Position numbers and translations under genes: made by a program
Notes under the pieces: model-generated
The model's input: the letters and a program-made list of their open reading frames with translations, nothing else
Database searches by the model: none
What the model was told of the DNA's origin: nothing
In this document: positions 1 through 9,265 of the stretch, one piece after another
Position numbering within the stretch: the first letter of the stretch is position 1
Layout: each line of letters opens with the position of its first letter
Source of the DNA: Candidatus Thorarchaeota archaeon
GTDB lineage: Archaea > Asgardarchaeota > Thorarchaeia > Thorarchaeales > Thorarchaeaceae
Assembly: GCA_038893995.1 (NCBI GenBank)
Contig: JAWAQK010000002.1
Coordinates: 45,367 to 109,366, forward strand
Direction: 5' to 3'
Length of the DNA: 64,000 bases

Positions 1-84
1 CGTATGGCTTGGCCAGATCGAACGATATTATTAGATTCATTGACAATAAATGCATATGATGGCTGATTGTGGGCCTGATCTACC

Positions 85-849
85 ATGAACCTCAGGCTTG
101 AGAATATGACAATACTTGTGACAGGTGCCTCTAGAGGACTAGGATTTGCAGTTGCAAGGGCTCTGTCCTCCGAGGGTGCACGAGTCATATTGTGCAGTAG
201 GAACGAAACTCGATTGAGGAAGGCAGTCGATCAGTTGGGAGACTCTGCTTCATACATCGTTGCTGATGTTTCAAGAGCAGCCGACATCCAAATGATGGTA
301 CGGCATGTTCGTGATTCCATAGGCGTCCTTGACGGTCTCTTTGTAAACACAGGTGGTCCTCCCACTGGCAAGTTCCTCGGACTATCAGACGATGATTGGA
401 GGTCAAGCTTTGAACTCACAGTCATGAGTGCTGTAAGGCTCACACACGAGTGCCTTCCGTTGCTCACGAAGTCAAGATCCTCCTCCATCCTGTACAACAC
501 GTCGATATCCATTAAGGAGCCTATTGAGAACTTGATACTATCAAATTCTCTCAGACTCTCGATAATCGGTTTGATGAAGTCCCTCGTAAACGAGCTGGGT
601 CCAGACGGACCGAGGGTCAATGCGGTGTGTCCCGGGTATTTTCGTACAGAACGCATCGAAGAAGTTCTCGCCAGCTCGAGTGAGAAGGATGAATCGCTCG
701 GCAGGTTAGAACGCAATATTCCTCTTCGCCGAATTGGCGATCCGGCAGAATTTGGAGCATTCTGCGCCTTCATCATGAGCCCAGTTGCAAGCTATATCCA
801 TGGAGCTGTTCTGGTTATAGACGGAGGACTATACCGTGGGATGAGCTAA
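85..849 (+). CDS. Short-chain dehydrogenase/reductase (SDR) family oxidoreductase
   Basis: Rossmann motif TGASRGLG, NTGGPP, VNAVCPG, C-terminal IDGG; canonical YxxxK replaced by SNSLR. Confidence 0.9.
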   Translation: MNLRLENMTILVTGASRGLGFAVARALSSEGARVILCSRNETRLRKAVDQLGDSASYIVADVSRAADIQMMVRHVRDSIGVLDGLFVNTGGPPTGKFLGLSDDDWRSSFELTVMSAVRLTHECLPLLTKSRSSSILYNTSISIKEPIENLILSNSLRLSIIGLMKSLVNELGPDGPRVNAVCPGYFRTERIEEVLASSSEKDESLGRLERNIPLRRIGDPAEFGAFCAFIMSPVASYIHGAVLVIDGGLYRGMS

Positions 850-1814
850 GACATTTCATCTGGATTACTAGTCAACCTGTTGAGTGCCAATCTTGCGTAG
901 TCCCGGACTTGGCTGTCGGAATCATCCAGCAAAGATACTAGTTTGCCCTCCGCGGGAGGATATGGTGTCACACTGAGTGCCCATGCAGCCATCCGTCTGA
1001 CGGAGGCATCCGTGGACTCCAGCAGTTGTGCTATCATTCGAAGAAGCACTTCTGAACGGTTCTCTAGCACCAGTCTTATCAACCGAGCCTGCTCTGCGGG
1101 TGCTGCTCTTTTCATCGCATCAGCTAGACCTTGAAGTGCTCTGGGACTGTTGATGGCTCTGAGGGCTCTTATTGACCAGTCCCGAACTTCGTCATCCGTG
1201 TCCTCCAGTGCTGCTAGGAGACTGACCACAGAGTCCGGTGATGCAATCCTGCAGAGTGCCCATGCGCCTGCACGGCGGATCCTGGCATCTGGATCGCCAA
1301 GGGAAGCACAGAGTAGTCCGATGTCCAATTCGTCTGGGTCTATCGTCATTGCGTATAATGCTTCCACCCTTAGCATGACGTCTTCGTTGCAGTTTCGTGC
1401 TACTGTTCTAATCAGACTCCCATAGCGTTTGGGGTCGACGGATGCAAGTATGTGAAGTGCCCACTTTCTCTCTTCGAAGACCCGATTGCAGTCTTCTAAC
1501 ACCTCTACGAAACACTGAGAGAGCGACTCGATTTTTCCTCGATATGCCACATGAAGTGCCTCGAGTCTTACTGAGGGGTCACTGTCCTGTAACGCAAGCT
1601 TCACGGACATCCTAGCGAGAACGGGGTCCATCAGATCCAGAATGTTCAGGATTCCATGCTTGAACTCCCTTGTTCCCTTCTTGCTCCAGATTATCTCGAG
1701 ACTCTTCTGAAACAAGCTGGAATGGGCATTGACATAGTCTGCGGCCTCCGTTCTAGTTACCTTCTGACCGATGCTGGCGACTAGATCCCGCAGTATTCTC
1801 TCTTCTGTTTCCAT
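846..1814 (-). CDS. HEAT (PBS-lyase-like) repeat protein
   Basis: Repeated units LQDSDPSVRLEAL, LGDPDARIRRAGAWAL, LEDTDDEVRDWSIRAL, LDDSDSQVRDYARLAL. Confidence 0.85.
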   Translation of the reverse strand: METEERILRDLVASIGQKVTRTEAADYVNAHSSLFQKSLEIIWSKKGTREFKHGILNILDLMDPVLARMSVKLALQDSDPSVRLEALHVAYRGKIESLSQCFVEVLEDCNRVFEERKWALHILASVDPKRYGSLIRTVARNCNEDVMLRVEALYAMTIDPDELDIGLLCASLGDPDARIRRAGAWALCRIASPDSVVSLLAALEDTDDEVRDWSIRALRAINSPRALQGLADAMKRAAPAEQARLIRLVLENRSEVLLRMIAQLLESTDASVRRMAAWALSVTPYPPAEGKLVSLLDDSDSQVRDYARLALNRLTSNPDEMS

Positions 1815-1832
1815 TCTGTTTCCTCCAGCATT

Positions 1833-2837
1833 TTAGACGTATATCTTGAATGCATCTGCGTGTGGTTTCCTGAAACCTTTCAGGTCTGGTTCAGACATAC
1901 TTGCTCCATGATAGGCCGCCATTTGTAGAGCAATGATGTGAGGTATTACCTGGACAAGCGGAAACCCGATCCCCGTGGCTCTTGCACAGTTGACGTAGAT
2001 CGGCCGGGCACCAAGTGATGCAACTACGCTCATGAAGACATCATCTGATGGGTTCTGAAATCGATTGCCGATCAGAATAACACGGTCTCCACACTGGAGA
2101 GACAAAACCTGATGATGTCTAAACTCCTCTGTCAACCCAACAACAGACCTCACCAGTGACATTTCGCTGAACTTCATGGCTCCTACCTGGGCAGAAACAT
2201 AGTTTGCCCCCTCCGATACTATGAACATGACACCATCCTGGGTGAGCACCTCCCCGATCTTCCTGCCCTCCGTTTCTGACCATCTCATAGCTGTACCGAA
2301 TTTGCTAGTCAACTGCAAGAGATCGCCTACTAGCCCTGAAATATCTGGGTCTGAGTCGCTGATGAGCGCAAGCAAGAGTGCAATCGCCGAAGTAGTCGTT
2401 ACCGAAGGTGGCAAATCGTAGGTGGCCACTCCGGAATCCGTCCTCAATACGTAATCTGCTATCTCGGAAGCGGGACTATGTTCCGCGTCGGTCAGGAGCA
2501 CCACCGGGGTCCCTCTGCTCTTTGCGTGTCTCATCGCCCTCAACGTTTCGATACTGCGACCCGATGCAGTGACGGCAACCAGCATGCCGTCATTTCCCAA
2601 ATAGACTTGCTCGATCTCTGTTGGAGAAATCGCTGCCGACGGTATGCCGATCGATTGGAGCGCCCATTCACCGAACTGCGCCACACCGTACGAGTCTCCG
2701 CACCCGGTGAATATCAACCGACGTGCCTCAATGAATCGTTTCTTGATTTCATCATCAATGTTCTTTCGGAGCACACGCGGAATCGTGTGTTCCTGTGATT
2801 TGATGGTCTGATAGTACTGGTCTAGAAACTTCGACAT
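1833..2837 (-). CDS. Double SIS-domain phosphosugar isomerase/deaminase (GlmS C-terminal/FrlB-like)
   Basis: FTGCGDS, VTASGRSIET, GAMKFSE, EEFRH motifs; no glutaminase domain. Confidence 0.8.
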   Translation of the reverse strand: MSKFLDQYYQTIKSQEHTIPRVLRKNIDDEIKKRFIEARRLIFTGCGDSYGVAQFGEWALQSIGIPSAAISPTEIEQVYLGNDGMLVAVTASGRSIETLRAMRHAKSRGTPVVLLTDAEHSPASEIADYVLRTDSGVATYDLPPSVTTTSAIALLLALISDSDPDISGLVGDLLQLTSKFGTAMRWSETEGRKIGEVLTQDGVMFIVSEGANYVSAQVGAMKFSEMSLVRSVVGLTEEFRHHQVLSLQCGDRVILIGNRFQNPSDDVFMSVVASLGARPIYVNCARATGIGFPLVQVIPHIIALQMAAYHGASMSEPDLKGFRKPHADAFKIYV

Positions 2838-3011
2838 CTTAGACGCACAGGCTCTTGAGCACAGACTAACAGAGGATGCTCGAATTCCTTTAAGTGCAAA
2901 TCTGTGTGTCCCTTAGGCTTGCGGTGTATCGCATAGTCAAGTTTGTGAAGTGTAGAATCGAGATGGACTTCAGGAACTGCATATAACCTGCTCTCAGACT
3001 GCTGTACTAGA

Positions 3012-3488
3012 TCACACCACTGACTTCGACTGACCGACGCCTGTCTTATGACTCACGTAATCCGCGTAGGCCCTTCGTGCAAGATCATTAGCTCGCATAT
3101 TCTCCTCTCTAGGTATCCATCTGATTTCGATCTCGATGCCTCTCCTGCTAAGCTCTCCAATCAGTTGCTTCAGTCTGCTGTGCAGAGGTCCAATCCTCTT
3201 GGACTTGACTGCATATTCCCCCCTGATCTGTCTTATCACCAACTGACTGTCTCCACGTATGACCACACGGTCCCCCTCACCTACTAGAGGCGCGACCGCC
3301 TCCAGCGCGCTGATGAGACCTGAGTACTCTGCCACGTTATTTGTCATATCGGATCCTTCCCCCACAATACCACCAGCAGAGGCTATTTCCACTCCACTCT
3401 CTATCACCGTATATCCCCAGCTTGCCACTCCTCCTGGGTTGACAGGCTCACATGCCCCATCGAAACTAATGTGGAAGACCCTTGACAT
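3012..3488 (-). CDS. rnhA: Ribonuclease HI
   Basis: FDGAC, TNNVAEY, GDSQLV, WIPREEN motifs; ATG at 3488 follows a GAGGGT RBS (track start 3521 is probably too long). Confidence 0.93.
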   Translation of the reverse strand: MSRVFHISFDGACEPVNPGGVASWGYTVIESGVEIASAGGIVGEGSDMTNNVAEYSGLISALEAVAPLVGEGDRVVIRGDSQLVIRQIRGEYAVKSKRIGPLHSRLKQLIGELSRRGIEIEIRWIPREENMRANDLARRAYADYVSHKTGVGQSKSVV

Positions 3489-3539
3489 CTGACATACCCT
3501 CTTCTGTCTACGCATTCTCACAAGTATTCGGCAAGTAGG

Positions 3540-3851
3540 TGCAGCGGCCCACTCAGCGTCGATTGTCCTTCCCAGTCAGCTCTCTCGTCGCTCTTCTCGG
3601 GGCGGCTTCCTCTGGGGCTCCTCCGCTCTGCCTTAGGGCTGTTCCCGCCAGGGCCTGACCCGGTTCGGCAGTCTAAGCACACCTGCATCAGTTCTACAAC
3701 TGATGTTGTGGCCGCGTCGGACTCCAGAGACCACCCGTCACCGTCCTTCGACGAATGCTGTCCTGGTCCGGTTTCAACCTCTGCGGTGTTACTGGCGCCA
3801 CTATTGCCTTGTGGTTTAAGCCGTGGCAAACGGCCCGCCCTTCCCGCTGCA
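3540..3851 (-). ncRNA. ffs: Signal recognition particle (7S/SRP) RNA, about 312 nt
   Basis: On the minus strand: terminal helix UGCAGCGG/CCGCUGCA; Alu helices 3 and 4 with complementary loops UUGCC/GGCAA; helix 6 CAUCAGUU-GUAG-AACUGAUG; helix 8 GAACCGGGUCAGGCCC-UGGC-GGGAACAGCCC. Confidence 0.93.
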
Positions 3852-3870
3852 AATCTTTACTGGCCGGCTT

Positions 3871-3880
3871 CTCATAAAAG
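3871..3880 (-). promoter_or_regulatory. TATA box of the SRP RNA gene
   Basis: CTTTTATGAG on the minus strand 20-29 nt upstream of the predicted 5' end. Confidence 0.6.
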
Positions 3881-3912
3881 GATTCTCCTGGGTTGCATAG
3901 TTGTCCAAGTCC

Positions 3913-5715
3913 TCAGATGATGACGCCGGCATTCCTCTTGATCTGTATGATCTCTTCAAGAACATCAAGTTCTGACTGTGACAATTCTGTACGGAATCTT
4001 TTCTTGATCGCCATGATATGTTTCTGGGGAACGTCGACATAGAGTGTCTCCCCAGGCTTAATCTGCCTTCCCACAGTTGGTCCCCGGATTGATATGGCGA
4101 CCTCCATTCCATCAGACGCTTCATCAATCGTTACTCCTCGATCCTGGATCTGCATTACGGTCCCAATCCGCTTCCCACTGGAGTTGATCAGGTCATTCTT
4201 GGCTCTGAGCAAACCATGAACTCTGACTCCCACAATCGCTGGATCCTTGTTACGAAACACGTATTCCGGAAGGAGTTCAATCTTTGCAGGTCTGACGATG
4301 CTGTTCAACGATTCTGCCTTAGCTTGTTCTCTCTTCAACATTACCCATGCGTTGTATTCATCGAAGAGCCGATAGATCACAGTGTTCACAAAGAGCTGAA
4401 CTCCGTATTCAGCCGCCAGATCTTCAATATCGGGGGCTATCTTTACGTTGAAACCGAGGACAACCGCATTGATGGGATCTGAGTCTCCAGCTGCCCTCGC
4501 CTCCAAGATATCCCTTTTGACGATAGGTCCCACGTCTGCTATCCTCACTTGCACTTTTCTCTCCTGGAGGTACTGAGTTACGGCCTCCAAAGAACCAAGT
4601 GTATCCGCCTTCAGGACTATCCCCGAGGAATCTCTCTGTATTCTGATTGCATTGATCTCCTCTCTTATTCTTCTGCTGATCTCCTCGAGGTCATCGTCTT
4701 CGCCGATGGCATAGACTGGTGCACCAGCAACTGCTCCATGAATGTCGGGGGACACGATCTTGACTCCTGCTGCTGCATGGACCTCATCAACGGGGGTAAA
4801 TCTTTCCCTGGGATCTCGTATCTCGTCTAGTGGTTTGGGGAGCAACAGACTTCGGATCTTGGCAACAATCACATCTTCAAGCCCGCCAATAACAACAGTG
4901 TCAGTTCTCTTCAGCACACCTTCATAGATTATGGTGTCGAGTGTCATGCCGAGGCCCGGTTCCTCTCTAACCTCAAGCACTGCTCCTCGGGCGGGTCCCT
5001 CTGACATTCTTAGTCTGTCCTTCATGTACTGCTGAGTCAATCCCGAAAGAACCATCAGCAATTCGGGGATGCCCTCTCCCGTCCGGGCACTGGTCGGTAT
5101 TATCGCGACGGTCCTTGTGAAGTCCTTTACACGGTCGAATCTCTCGGAGTCAATTCCATTCGCAGAAAGTGCGCCAACGATCTCATAGATGAGTTTGTCA
5201 ATCTGTCTACGAGTACCCTCATCCTGTGCGTTGATGCTCTGAACGAGAGTCATATTCGGTTTCTCTCTCCAACCGGGCACTTTGTCCAACTTGTTTGCCG
5301 CCACAACGAACGGTGTCTTCCCTGACCGTAGTATCTTCAGCGACTCGTAGGTCTGAGTCATAGGTCCATCATTAATGTCTATCACCAGTATTGCAATATC
5401 CGCAATGGCTCCCCCACGTCTCCTGAGGTTGAGATATGCCTCATGCCCTGGTGTGTCAATAAATAGCAGGCCATCTATCAGGAGTTCCACCTTTGTCAGA
5501 TCGAGCAGGTTTCCACACATTGACCTTATGGTTTCGAGGGGAAAAAATGAGGCTCCGATGTGTTGCGTCATTCCTCCCACCTCCCGCTCTTGAACAGCAG
5601 TTCCCCTCATCTTGTCTAAGAGGGAGGTCTTTCCGTGGTCGATGTGCCCAAGTACAGTGACAATCGGCGATCTCAACTTGGCCTTTCCAGGAGTCACAGA
5701 TTCAGGCATGGTCAC
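3913..5715 (-). CDS. infB: Translation initiation factor aIF5B (IF-2)
   Basis: RSPIVTVLGHIDHGKT, DTPGHE, NKLD, KADTLGSLEA; 600 aa, no intein; ATG at 5709 is an alternative start. Confidence 0.97.
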   Translation of the reverse strand: MTMPESVTPGKAKLRSPIVTVLGHIDHGKTSLLDKMRGTAVQEREVGGMTQHIGASFFPLETIRSMCGNLLDLTKVELLIDGLLFIDTPGHEAYLNLRRRGGAIADIAILVIDINDGPMTQTYESLKILRSGKTPFVVAANKLDKVPGWREKPNMTLVQSINAQDEGTRRQIDKLIYEIVGALSANGIDSERFDRVKDFTRTVAIIPTSARTGEGIPELLMVLSGLTQQYMKDRLRMSEGPARGAVLEVREEPGLGMTLDTIIYEGVLKRTDTVVIGGLEDVIVAKIRSLLLPKPLDEIRDPRERFTPVDEVHAAAGVKIVSPDIHGAVAGAPVYAIGEDDDLEEISRRIREEINAIRIQRDSSGIVLKADTLGSLEAVTQYLQERKVQVRIADVGPIVKRDILEARAAGDSDPINAVVLGFNVKIAPDIEDLAAEYGVQLFVNTVIYRLFDEYNAWVMLKREQAKAESLNSIVRPAKIELLPEYVFRNKDPAIVGVRVHGLLRAKNDLINSSGKRIGTVMQIQDRGVTIDEASDGMEVAISIRGPTVGRQIKPGETLYVDVPQKHIMAIKKRFRTELSQSELDVLEEIIQIKRNAGVII

Positions 5716-5845
5716 TCACCGCGATAGGTATGATGGCCTCAAGTGGGTCTATTTATCAAATTGCCGGAGCGTCTTCTGATCGATGCTCTTCGGAATCCTA
5801 AAAAAGAGGCACCGTTGCTGCGAGCTAAGAAACTGACATGAGACA

Positions 5846-6535
5846 ATGGATGGATACATCATGGAAAGCTCGTTGGTAGTGATAAAGCCTGATGGTACCG
5901 TCCGCAGACGGGTGGGCGCTCTGACAATAGAACGCATCATCGGGATGGGGTATCAGGTGTCTGCATTCAAGGAGATGCATGTTTCCGAATCGCTTGCGCG
6001 TGCCCACTACTCTGTACATCTCGGGAAGCCATTCTTCTCTTGGTTGGTCCGGTTCATGACCTGCGCTAGGGTTGTGGCTATGATCATAGATGGACCAGAT
6101 GTTATTCAAGGCATACGTGCTCTGCTGGGCGCGACTTTCGTCCAGAAGGCAGATCCAGAGTCCATACGTGGTCGTTACGGGCTAATAGGGGGCATTAACA
6201 TAGCTCACGCGTCAGATGGCCCCGAGACCGCAAGACAGGAGATTGAACTATGGACCAAGCATGGCGGTTTGAAACGATCTCGAAATGCAGGAACTGAGGC
6301 CCTATCATACATATCTCGGTATGCTCACGGTGAGGTCGATCTCACGATGCAGATTCGGGGGTTGCTGCAGTCAACAATCCTCAATGGCCATGTAGGCGAA
6401 TCTGTGCAGACTGAGCTTGAGTCCCTGTTAAGGCAGGAGGCATGTGACATCACTGACGAAGAAGTCATGAAGCTATCAGAAATAATCCTCGATCTTGTAA
6501 GGGAAGAATGTGAGAAGGCCAAGAGTCACGCGTAG
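5846..6535 (+). CDS. ndk: Nucleoside diphosphate kinase with C-terminal extension
   Basis: IKPDG, HY..H..KPFF, PESIRG, NIAHASD (catalytic His). Confidence 0.92.
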   Translation: MDGYIMESSLVVIKPDGTVRRRVGALTIERIIGMGYQVSAFKEMHVSESLARAHYSVHLGKPFFSWLVRFMTCARVVAMIIDGPDVIQGIRALLGATFVQKADPESIRGRYGLIGGINIAHASDGPETARQEIELWTKHGGLKRSRNAGTEALSYISRYAHGEVDLTMQIRGLLQSTILNGHVGESVQTELESLLRQEACDITDEEVMKLSEIILDLVREECEKAKSHA

Positions 6536-6588
6536 ATACCTCTACTTGACTACTGTGTAGACTTAGGGTATCCCCCGTCATTCTTAGA

Positions 6589-6789
6589 TCATGTGCCAGT
6601 TCCCACGCCCTTCTGGTACAGGAGCGTCCACTTAGTTTCCCTTGGTTTCATTCCTCTGTCGATACTACTGACCTTGCACTTGTTGGAGCAGAACCATAAG
6701 ACTGCTCCATCCTTCGTCCTCACAAATGCGATACCGGTCCCCGGCTCTATGTCCCGCCCACAGAATGTACACCTCTGTGTTCCGACCAT
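6589..6789 (-). CDS. rpl24e: 50S ribosomal protein L24e
   Basis: CTFCGRDIEPGTG...FCSNKC...PRETKWT. Confidence 0.96.
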   Translation of the reverse strand: MVGTQRCTFCGRDIEPGTGIAFVRTKDGAVLWFCSNKCKVSSIDRGMKPRETKWTLLYQKGVGTGT

Positions 6790-6792
6790 CTC

Positions 6793-7017
6793 TCAGCGCC
6801 TCCTCATCTTCCTTGCTTCGCGTTCCGTCTCACGTAGGATCAGTATGTCCCCCACCCTCACGGGTCCCTTAACATTCCTTGTGAGAACTCGCCCCTCATC
6901 CCTCCCCTCCAGCACCTTGACCCGTACTTGTGTGATCTCGCCGGTTACCCCAGTACGTCCCAGTAGCTGGATCACCTCGGCAGGAATGGATGGCTCCTTT
7001 TCCTCACTCATGAACAC
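6793..7017 (-). CDS. rps28e: 30S ribosomal protein S28e
   Basis: [37 protein letters not shown]. Confidence 0.97.
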   Translation of the reverse strand: MFMSEEKEPSIPAEVIQLLGRTGVTGEITQVRVKVLEGRDEGRVLTRNVKGPVRVGDILILRETEREARKMRRR

Positions 7018-7030
7018 TGCTCACCTCGAC

Positions 7031-7402
7031 CTACTTGCGGAGGCCCTCTATCTTCTGGATGATATCTACGACCATGTCCTTGGCCTTTCCCTCGATCAGG
7101 ATTGCAACAGCAGCGGTTGGTCGTTCAATACCTGCTGCAGCGCCAAGGCCCTTCCGACTGTCCACAAATATATACGGTGTCTTCTTGTCGTCACAGAGTC
7201 CTGGCAGATGCATGATCACCTCCGACGGTTCGACGTCTTCCGCGATTAGAACAAGACGAGCACTGCCACGCTCTACACACTTGGTTGTTTCGTTGATTCC
7301 CTTCTTGATACGACCTGAGTCTCTGGCGATCTGCAGGGCCTCCAAGGCCTTCTTTTTGAGTTCCTCTGTCGCTTCCCAATTGACAAAGCTTGGTCTTGGC
7401 AT
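7031..7402 (-). CDS. rpl7ae: 50S ribosomal protein L7Ae
   Basis: KKGINETTK, LIAEDVEP, LGAAAG; conserved L7Ae-S28e-L24e gene order. Confidence 0.97.
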   Translation of the reverse strand: MPRPSFVNWEATEELKKKALEALQIARDSGRIKKGINETTKCVERGSARLVLIAEDVEPSEVIMHLPGLCDDKKTPYIFVDSRKGLGAAAGIERPTAAVAILIEGKAKDMVVDIIQKIEGLRK

Positions 7403-7404
7403 AC

Positions 7405-7438
7405 CTTCTACCTCTGTTCTTCTACATCATTGGTGAAG
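7405..7438 (-). promoter_or_regulatory. Kink-turn in the rpl7ae 5' UTR overlapping the RBS (autoregulatory element)
   Basis: Minus strand CUUC-ACC-AAU-GA-UGU-AGAAGA-ACA-GA-GGU-A-GAAG: C-stem, 3-nt bulge, tandem G.A pairs and NC-stem, ending 2 nt before the AUG. Confidence 0.8.
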
Positions 7439-7517
7439 TAGCACGACTAGATGTCCTCTCTAGCTGTGTTCCACCGGTTTTCTGACGACCATCTTTTAAA
7501 ACTGTCGAACCGATCCG

Positions 7518-8510
7518 TCAGTAGAGTGATCTGATACTATCAACAAGATCTTCGTCTGTGAAATTGTCTAGGACCGAGTACCTTCCCCGCTTCTTCATTA
7601 TTTCGAGCGCGTGATGTATGTCATCCAGGAACGTTTCCAAGGTGATCGGAAGCTCATGCAGCCTACAGGGTAATCCTCTAGTTCGCATGACCCGTCGGAT
7701 CTTGTTCAAGTCATGGATCGCATATCCTATCTCCTCAAGAAAATGTACACATATGGGTGTTGCAAAGGCCACCTGTATCCCATGCAGGCCTACTCCTCTT
7801 CTATCCATCGCGTGAGATATGGCATGTTCTGTTCCAGAGCATGGTCTCGAGCTTCCTGCAAGACACATCGCCCTTCCCGCGTCTATCTCGGCATGTACGA
7901 GTGTTTCCAAGTCATCGTGTTCTAGCACTTTGCAGAGCGCCGATGCCATTGTTCGATAGCTGTCCTCAACGAAGGACTCCCCCACTGCCTCAGCAGCAAG
8001 TTTCCACTCAGCTAGGCTTGATGCCTTACTGATAATGTCCCCTGTCCCGGCTCGTTTCAACTCCTTGGGTGCTCTTGACATTATGTCGAGGTCCGCAATG
8101 ACGGCCACCGGAAGCTTGCACTTCCTAGAGTACCGGTAACCATTCTGACTTACGGAAGCCGCTTCGCTGGCAATTCCATCATGAGACGCTGCCGTTGGCA
8201 CGGATATCCAATCTAGCCCAGTTTCGGCAGCTAGCAGCTTGGCCGTGTCGATACTCCGCCCTCCCCCGAAACCAAGTATGACCGACGCAGAATCGGTTTC
8301 GATCCCACGAATCTCGTGGGATGACAGCACCCATCTGATGTCTGATGAAACTATGCTCTCTATCTGCTTTCTGTAGATGGACAGTATAGACTCGTCGGTG
8401 ACACATATTACCCGATGTCCTGCGGTGTATTGTGAGAGCTTCTCTATCGCACCCCTTGCAACTACTACATGGTTGGGACAAACATCGTTCATGTCAAGGA
8501 CCCCTATCAA
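7518..8510 (-). CDS. egsA: sn-glycerol-1-phosphate dehydrogenase
   Basis: GGGRSID, PTAASHDGIAS, SSRPCSGTEH, LHGIQV. Confidence 0.9.
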   Translation of the reverse strand: MIGVLDMNDVCPNHVVVARGAIEKLSQYTAGHRVICVTDESILSIYRKQIESIVSSDIRWVLSSHEIRGIETDSASVILGFGGGRSIDTAKLLAAETGLDWISVPTAASHDGIASEAASVSQNGYRYSRKCKLPVAVIADLDIMSRAPKELKRAGTGDIISKASSLAEWKLAAEAVGESFVEDSYRTMASALCKVLEHDDLETLVHAEIDAGRAMCLAGSSRPCSGTEHAISHAMDRRGVGLHGIQVAFATPICVHFLEEIGYAIHDLNKIRRVMRTRGLPCRLHELPITLETFLDDIHHALEIMKKRGRYSVLDNFTDEDLVDSIRSLY

Positions 8511-8629
8511 CTAGATCTGGTGGGTTCACTAGTCATATCGCTAACATTCGACTCAATGTTATCACTGTAACACGACATCTGAAATCCTCTTCATGTGGTC
8601 TATTCACCGACCGTTAGGAGCATGAGCAA

Positions 8630-9127
8630 ATGACGCAGTACATCAAAGTTGCCCTTATGGGCTCTGGATATGCGGGAAAGTCCACGCTGATTAAGCTATT
8701 GACTGACACGCCCGCCAGGCTCGACGGCAATTACAAACCTACAGCCGGAATGGACTGTGGGACCATCACACTCGATGGCGGAACAAAGATAACGTTAGTT
8801 GAAATGGGTGGTCAGAGCCATTTCGAGTTCCTATGGCCAGACTTCCTGCAAGGCAGTAGTATGGTCGTGGTCGTCACCGAGAGCACCCCCAAGGCTGTCC
8901 TGAAAACCCGTCAACTGCTTGAGAGCTACAAGGACCATCTTGCTGGGCGTCAAGTAGTTGCAATAGCTAACAAGCAAGACCTGCCAGGCTCGATGAAACC
9001 AGAGTCTGTACAAGATCTTCTGGGTGTCCCTACCTACGGCATGGTCGCGATAGACCCCAAACAGAGAATGCAGGGCTACAAGGTATTGATCGAAGGTCTT
9101 AGAGGTCTGGTCCAAGTGGCAGGCTAG
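8630..9127 (+). CDS. Small Ras-superfamily GTPase (Arf/Sar-like)
   Basis: G1 GSGYAGKST, G2 PTAG, G3 EMGGQ, switch-II Trp, G4 NKQD; 165 aa. Confidence 0.88.
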   Translation: MTQYIKVALMGSGYAGKSTLIKLLTDTPARLDGNYKPTAGMDCGTITLDGGTKITLVEMGGQSHFEFLWPDFLQGSSMVVVVTESTPKAVLKTRQLLESYKDHLAGRQVVAIANKQDLPGSMKPESVQDLLGVPTYGMVAIDPKQRMQGYKVLIEGLRGLVQVAG

Positions 9128-9204
9128 TCCATCGCTGCAGTGTCTTGCTTGCGCTTCCACCGTACAGTAATCCTTTTATGTGCTCTGGCTCGAAAGCATC
9201 CCAG

Positions 9205-9262
9205 CCCAGGACACGGGCGAGTGAGCCAACCAGGCTGTCTGTTGTTGGCGAGTCCGTCCGGG
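9205..9262 (+). promoter_or_regulatory. Structured leader with K-turn-like motif upstream of the rpoD-rps2 operon
   Basis: ACGGGC-GAGU-GA-GCCAAC...GUUGGC-GA-GUCCGU; TATA-like CTTTTAT at about 9173. Confidence 0.5.
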
Positions 9263-9265
9263 ACA

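Noticed and set aside
3518-3829. 103-aa minus-strand ORF (and the 3708-3920 plus-strand ORF)
   Set aside because: Coincides with the SRP RNA; low-complexity translation with no family motif
6593-7436. Long plus-strand ORFs of 218 aa and 133 aa
   Set aside because: Antisense shadows of rpl24e, rps28e and rpl7ae
9140-9265. N-terminal extension of RpoD in the ORF track
   Set aside because: Covers the TATA box and structured leader and does not resemble Rpo3
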